A stretch of DNA of 64,000 nucleotides, from contig DASUVX010000031.1 of NCBI GenBank assembly GCA_036378735.1, positions 9,856 to 73,855 of the forward strand, written 5' to 3'. The position numbers and the translations under genes are program-made. Shown piece by piece: positions 60,372 to 64,000 of this stretch. This stretch comes from Pseudonocardiaceae bacterium (lineage in GTDB: Bacteria; Actinomycetota; Actinomycetes; Mycobacteriales; Pseudonocardiaceae). Position 1 is the stretch's first letter, and every line of letters begins with the position of its first letter. The notes under the pieces are model-generated. The model saw nothing but the letters and a program-made list of their open reading frames with translations, was not told where the DNA came from and did no database searches.

Positions 60372-62059
60372 ACCGAGCCATGCTGGTAGTGGGGCACGGC
60401 AGCCGGGACGCAGACGGGGTGGATGAGTTCTGGACGCTGGCGGGCGCGATCCGCGCCGCAGCGGGTGAGCTGCTGACCAGATTCGGTTTCATCGAGCTGG
60501 CCCGGCCCAGCGTCGACGAGGCCATCGACGACCTGGTTGCGCGCGGCGCCACCGAAATCGTCAGCGTGCCGCTGGTGTTGCTGGCCGCCGGGCACTTGAA
60601 AAACGACGGCCCCGCTGCGCTGGCCCGGGCTCGGCAGCGGCATCCGCAGGTGCGCTTCGCCCTGGCTCGCGACCTCGGCATCGAACCGAACGTGCTCGAG
60701 GTCGTCACGGATCGGGTCCGGGACATGACCGGTGACGCGGACCCGGAGAAACTGGGGGTAGCGCTCATCGGTCGAGGTTGTAGCGATCCGGACGCGTGTG
60801 CTGACTTGTGGAAGGTCGGCCGGTTGCTCGCCGATGGCCGGGGGCTGGGCACGGTCGAGCCCGGCTTCGTGTCCGTCGCCACGCCCTCGGTCCCCGAAAC
60901 CCTGGAGCGGCTGCGCCTGCTCGGCGCCGGAACTGCGGTGGTTGCCCCGTTCTTCCTGTTCTCCGGGGTATTGCTGAACCGGATCTACGCCGAGGCCGCC
61001 AGGTGGGCGCAGGACCACCCGGAGGTCGAAGTCCGCGGCGCGGCCCATCTGGGGCCCGACGCGCGGCTGGCCAGGTTGGTGCTCGAGCGATACCGCGAGG
61101 CGCGGGCCGGTGATGTGCGGATGAACTGCGACCTGTGCGCCTACCGGGTGCAGCTCCCCGGCTACGAGTCCAAGGTCGGCACGCCGATCTCGCTGACCCC
61201 GCACGGTGACGGCCCGGCTGCTGGTTCCCGGCGGCCCCGCCGGACCACCCGGGCGCCTACCCCGGCAGTGCCGATCCGGCACGGCCGGTTCGTCGGCTCG
61301 CAGGCCGGCTCGCGTCGCACCGACCATGCCGCGATCGAGATGTGCGACGTCAGCTTCGCCTACCCGGATGGCCGCCAAGCGCTGTCCGGGGTCTCGATGC
61401 GTGTCGAACTCGGTGAGCGGGTCGCGCTGCTCGGCCCGAACGGTGCCGGCAAAACGTCCCTGGTGCTGCAGCTCAATGGAGTTCTCACCCCGTCGGCCGG
61501 GTCGGTGTCTATCGGCGGTGTCCAGGTGGGGCGGCGCACATTGACCGAGGTGCGTAGGCGGGTCGGCGTGGTGTTCCAAGACCCCGATGATCAGCTGTTC
61601 AGCCCCACGGTGGGCCGCGATGTGGCGTTCGGACCGGCACATCTGGGGCTGTCCGGGGACGCGTTGCAGGCTCGAGTCACCGAGGCGCTGTCCTATGTCG
61701 GCTTGTCGGAAGCGGTGGACCGCCCACCACACCGGCTGTCTGTGGGCGAGCGGCGGCGTGCCGCCGTGGCCACGGTGCTGGCCATGCATCCCGAGGTGCT
61801 GGTGCTCGACGAACCCACCGCCAATCTCGATCCGGCGGCCCGGCGGGAGTTCGCCGATCTGATCAAACGCCTGGGTATGACGACCCTGCTGGTCACCCAC
61901 GACCTGCCCTACGCGCTGGAACTGTGCCCGCGCACGCTGGTCATCGACCACGGGCAGATCGTCGCCGATGGGCCCACCCGGGAAGTGCTCGCCGACCCCG
62001 GATTCATGAGCGCCCACCGGCTGGAGCTCCCCGCCGGCTTCAACCCGCTGGGAACCTAA
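60368..62059 (+). CDS. Single ORF fusing a sirohydrochlorin cobaltochelatase (long CbiX with an MxCxxC motif) to an ECF/cobalt ABC ATPase (CbiO)
   Basis: The ATG forms an ATGA overlap with the cbiQ stop. CbiX part: MLVVGHGSRD ... two ferredoxin-like halves ... MNCDLC. An Arg/Pro linker of about 45 aa follows. CbiO part: GPNGAGKTS, LSVGERRR, LVLDEPT. There is no in-frame stop between the two parts. Confidence 0.75.
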   Translation: MNRAMLVVGHGSRDADGVDEFWTLAGAIRAAAGELLTRFGFIELARPSVDEAIDDLVARGATEIVSVPLVLLAAGHLKNDGPAALARARQRHPQVRFALARDLGIEPNVLEVVTDRVRDMTGDADPEKLGVALIGRGCSDPDACADLWKVGRLLADGRGLGTVEPGFVSVATPSVPETLERLRLLGAGTAVVAPFFLFSGVLLNRIYAEAARWAQDHPEVEVRGAAHLGPDARLARLVLERYREARAGDVRMNCDLCAYRVQLPGYESKVGTPISLTPHGDGPAAGSRRPRRTTRAPTPAVPIRHGRFVGSQAGSRRTDHAAIEMCDVSFAYPDGRQALSGVSMRVELGERVALLGPNGAGKTSLVLQLNGVLTPSAGSVSIGGVQVGRRTLTEVRRRVGVVFQDPDDQLFSPTVGRDVAFGPAHLGLSGDALQARVTEALSYVGLSEAVDRPPHRLSVGERRRAAVATVLAMHPEVLVLDEPTANLDPAARREFADLIKRLGMTTLLVTHDLPYALELCPRTLVIDHGQIVADGPTREVLADPGFMSAHRLELPAGFNPLGT

Positions 62060-62088
62060 CGGCGGGTCCGGCAAGCGCCGAATCTCCG

Positions 62089-62943
62089 TCACTTCACCGC
62101 CCACGCGACGATCAGCTCGCATGGCCCCTCGAATCCGTTGGTTGTCTCAAAGCGGGCCAGCTCGCAGTGGATCTCCTGCCAGGTTTGGTCACGCTCGGCG
62201 GGCGTGAGCCCAGCCAGCATCTGGTGCAACGCGCCGAAGGACTCCCGCTCGAACCGGATGCAGTCTGCGACGCGCGGCATCCGCAGTGGAGCGAGCAGTG
62301 CCTGAGCACCGATATCCCGGAACCCGGCCTGGCGCAACGAGTCCTCGATCGCGCCGGGACGGCCCAGGCTGAACGGTCCGGGTTGGCCGGCTGCGGGCGG
62401 CGGCAGCTTGGCGCGCCGGCGAATGATCGACACCGGGATCGAGAAGAACGGGTTGCGCTCGGCGATGGAAAAGACGATGGCAGAAAGCCGGCCGCCGGGC
62501 CGCAGCGCGCGGTACATACCGGCCAGCGCGCGCCCCAGATCGGGGAAGTACATCAGGCCGAGCCGGCAGATCACCGCATCGAATGCGGCGGGCTCGACGT
62601 TCAGCTCCTCTCCATCGACTGTCCTGGTGCGCACGTTGGTCAGCCCGGCGCGGGCGGCTTCGTCGGCGGCGTAGGTCAGGATCGCCGGTGAGATGTCGGT
62701 GGCCAGCACCTGACCGGACGATCCGGCCCGCCGGGCCGCGATCAACGACTGCCCACCGGCACCGGCGGCGACGTCAAGCAGCACGCTGCCGGTGTGCACG
62801 CCGGCGGCGTCGAGCATCAAGGTGGTGGCCTCACCGAGCCAGTCCTCTAGCGTCGGGCCCCAGGTGTGCCAGGCAGCAGCCGCGTTCTCCCACTGGGCGC
62901 GGGTGGTGTCCTTGTACTGGATTGGATCGAAAGTGACGGTCAT
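62089..62943 (-). CDS. Class I SAM-dependent methyltransferase
   Basis: VLLDVAAGAGGQSL motif I and DAVICRLGLMYFPD. 284 aa. Confidence 0.78.
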   Translation of the reverse strand: MTVTFDPIQYKDTTRAQWENAAAAWHTWGPTLEDWLGEATTLMLDAAGVHTGSVLLDVAAGAGGQSLIAARRAGSSGQVLATDISPAILTYAADEAARAGLTNVRTRTVDGEELNVEPAAFDAVICRLGLMYFPDLGRALAGMYRALRPGGRLSAIVFSIAERNPFFSIPVSIIRRRAKLPPPAAGQPGPFSLGRPGAIEDSLRQAGFRDIGAQALLAPLRMPRVADCIRFERESFGALHQMLAGLTPAERDQTWQEIHCELARFETTNGFEGPCELIVAWAVK

Positions 62944-63071
62944 GGCGTACTCCAGCTGATCAGGATTCCGGGCCTTGCTGACCGGTGTGGCGCTAGAATC
63001 GTCTGTACGCCGCCAGAATGCGGCAAGCGATTTCGCTCGATGCCGGCGAGCGAACCAGGCAGACTTCGCAG

Positions 63072-64000
63072 ATGGCCTTCGTGGGCCGTACTAAGGCGTT
63101 GTCCCGCCTGCTCGCCGTGATCGAGGAGGCGTCACGCGGCCATGCGCGGCTCCTGCTGGTCAGCGGAGAGGCCGGGATCGGCAAGACTGCCCTAGTCAGC
63201 GCCGTGACCAGGCACGCCGGGCTGCGGGTGGGCTGGAGCACGTGCGCAGACGCGAAACGCACGCCGGCGTTTTGGCCGTGGACCACCGCGTTGCGTGGGC
63301 TGCTCGGTGCGCTGGACCCGGCCGAGGCACACACTCTGACCCGGGCCGACGCCAACGAGCTGGCCAGGCTGCTGCCGGAACTAATTGCCCGGGAGCCTGC
63401 GGACGACCCGAGCGACGCCGATGTCGCCCGGTTGCGGCTGTTCGACGCGGTCGCCCGCTTCCTGGAACGGCTAGCCCAGCGGCAGGCCACCGTCGTAGTG
63501 CTCGACGATCTGCAGTGGGCCGACGAGTCGTCACTGCAGCTGCTGCGATTCGTCACCCAGCCCTACCGTCCGGTCCCGCTGGTCGTCATCGGTGCGTACC
63601 GGCACGATGAGCTCGCGGGCACCACCCGGTCGCTAGCCGAGCTGGCCGCGCACGGCGAGTCGGTACACCTGTCCGGCCTGAGCCCGCAGGAGGTGCACGA
63701 TCTCGTTGCGGACGCCTTCGGGCCCGCGACGGCGGACCGCTGGGCCGGTGAGATTCACCGGCGCACGGGGGGCCACCCGTTTTTCACCCGCCAACTCGCT
63801 GAGCTGCTCCACGACGCTGCCGAGTCGCCGGGGGTGGTGCCAGCCGCGGTGCGCGACCTGCTTGCCAGGCGGGTACAACGGCTGTCCACCGGCTGCCGGG
63901 CACTCGTGCAGGCCGCCGCGGTAGCCGGAAACGAGCTGCTGCCGGACGTGCTCGGCGAGGTGTGCGGCATCGACCCGGCGGCCGTCGCAACGCTCATCGA
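63072..64000 (+). CDS. LAL-type (large ATP-binding LuxR-family) regulator, N-terminal AAA/STAND ATPase part; continues beyond the window
   Basis: My own translation from ATG 63072: MAFVGRTKALSRLLAVIEEASRGHARLLLVSGEAGIGKTAL ... VVVLDDLQWADESSLQLLRF ... It stays open to the window end and is not in the ORF track because it is incomplete. Confidence 0.75.
   Translation, partial: MAFVGRTKALSRLLAVIEEASRGHARLLLVSGEAGIGKTALVSAVTRHAGLRVGWSTCADAKRTPAFWPWTTALRGLLGALDPAEAHTLTRADANELARLLPELIAREPADDPSDADVARLRLFDAVARFLERLAQRQATVVVLDDLQWADESSLQLLRFVTQPYRPVPLVVIGAYRHDELAGTTRSLAELAAHGESVHLSGLSPQEVHDLVADAFGPATADRWAGEIHRRTGGHPFFTRQLAELLHDAAESPGVVPAAVRDLLARRVQRLSTGCRALVQAAAVAGNELLPDVLGEVCGIDPAAVATLI

Overview
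This is a GC-rich core chromosome segment with actinobacterial synteny. All protein calls come from reading motifs in the supplied translations. No searches were run.

Gene content, in order:
- The proximal dcw cluster on the minus strand: mraY start, murF, murE, ftsI, a proline-rich ftsL-like gene, rsmH, mraZ.
- A divergent MoxR / DUF58 / transglutaminase triad.
- DUF3040, dinB, a methyltransferase, an orphan ParA-like ATPase, and a doxX plus ECF41 (SigJ-like) sigma module.
- pspA, clgR, pgsA, rimO, an ArgA-like GNAT, ftsK, rnj, dapA, two small redox/DinB-like genes, and thyX.
- An RHH plus DUF4097 pair, a YcaQ/AlkZ-like gene, a GNAT, dapB, an M16 peptidase, pnp, rpsO, and an HTH gene.
- ribF-truB-nrnA-rbfA-DUF503-infB-ylxR-nusA-rimP.
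- A lipoprotein plus DUF4439 pair, yjbQ, proS, an OsmC-like gene, a PatB-like gene, and an early-cobalt-type corrin cluster (cysG-like, cobH, cobM, cobJ, a second SUMT, cbiQ, and cbiX fused in frame to cbiO).
- A methyltransferase and the start of a LAL-type regulator.

Many long ORFs in the track are high-GC read-through artefacts, so starts were re-picked from SD spacing and homologous N-termini.

Four exact or near-exact regulatory motif matches were found:
- a phased MraZ-type repeat array upstream of mraZ
- a perfect LexA box upstream of dinB
- an ECF41-type promoter upstream of doxX
- a ClgR box upstream of clgR

The most unusual signals:
- a dispersed ~68-bp palindromic element present in four intergenic copies
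- a 22-bp tandem-repeat family at two loci
- the CbiX-CbiO fusion, which has no cbiMN beside it
- a low-GC insert in the cob cluster that encodes a small acidic protein and a ligand-degenerate SOD-like protein

No rRNA, tRNA, CRISPR array or transposase gene was seen.
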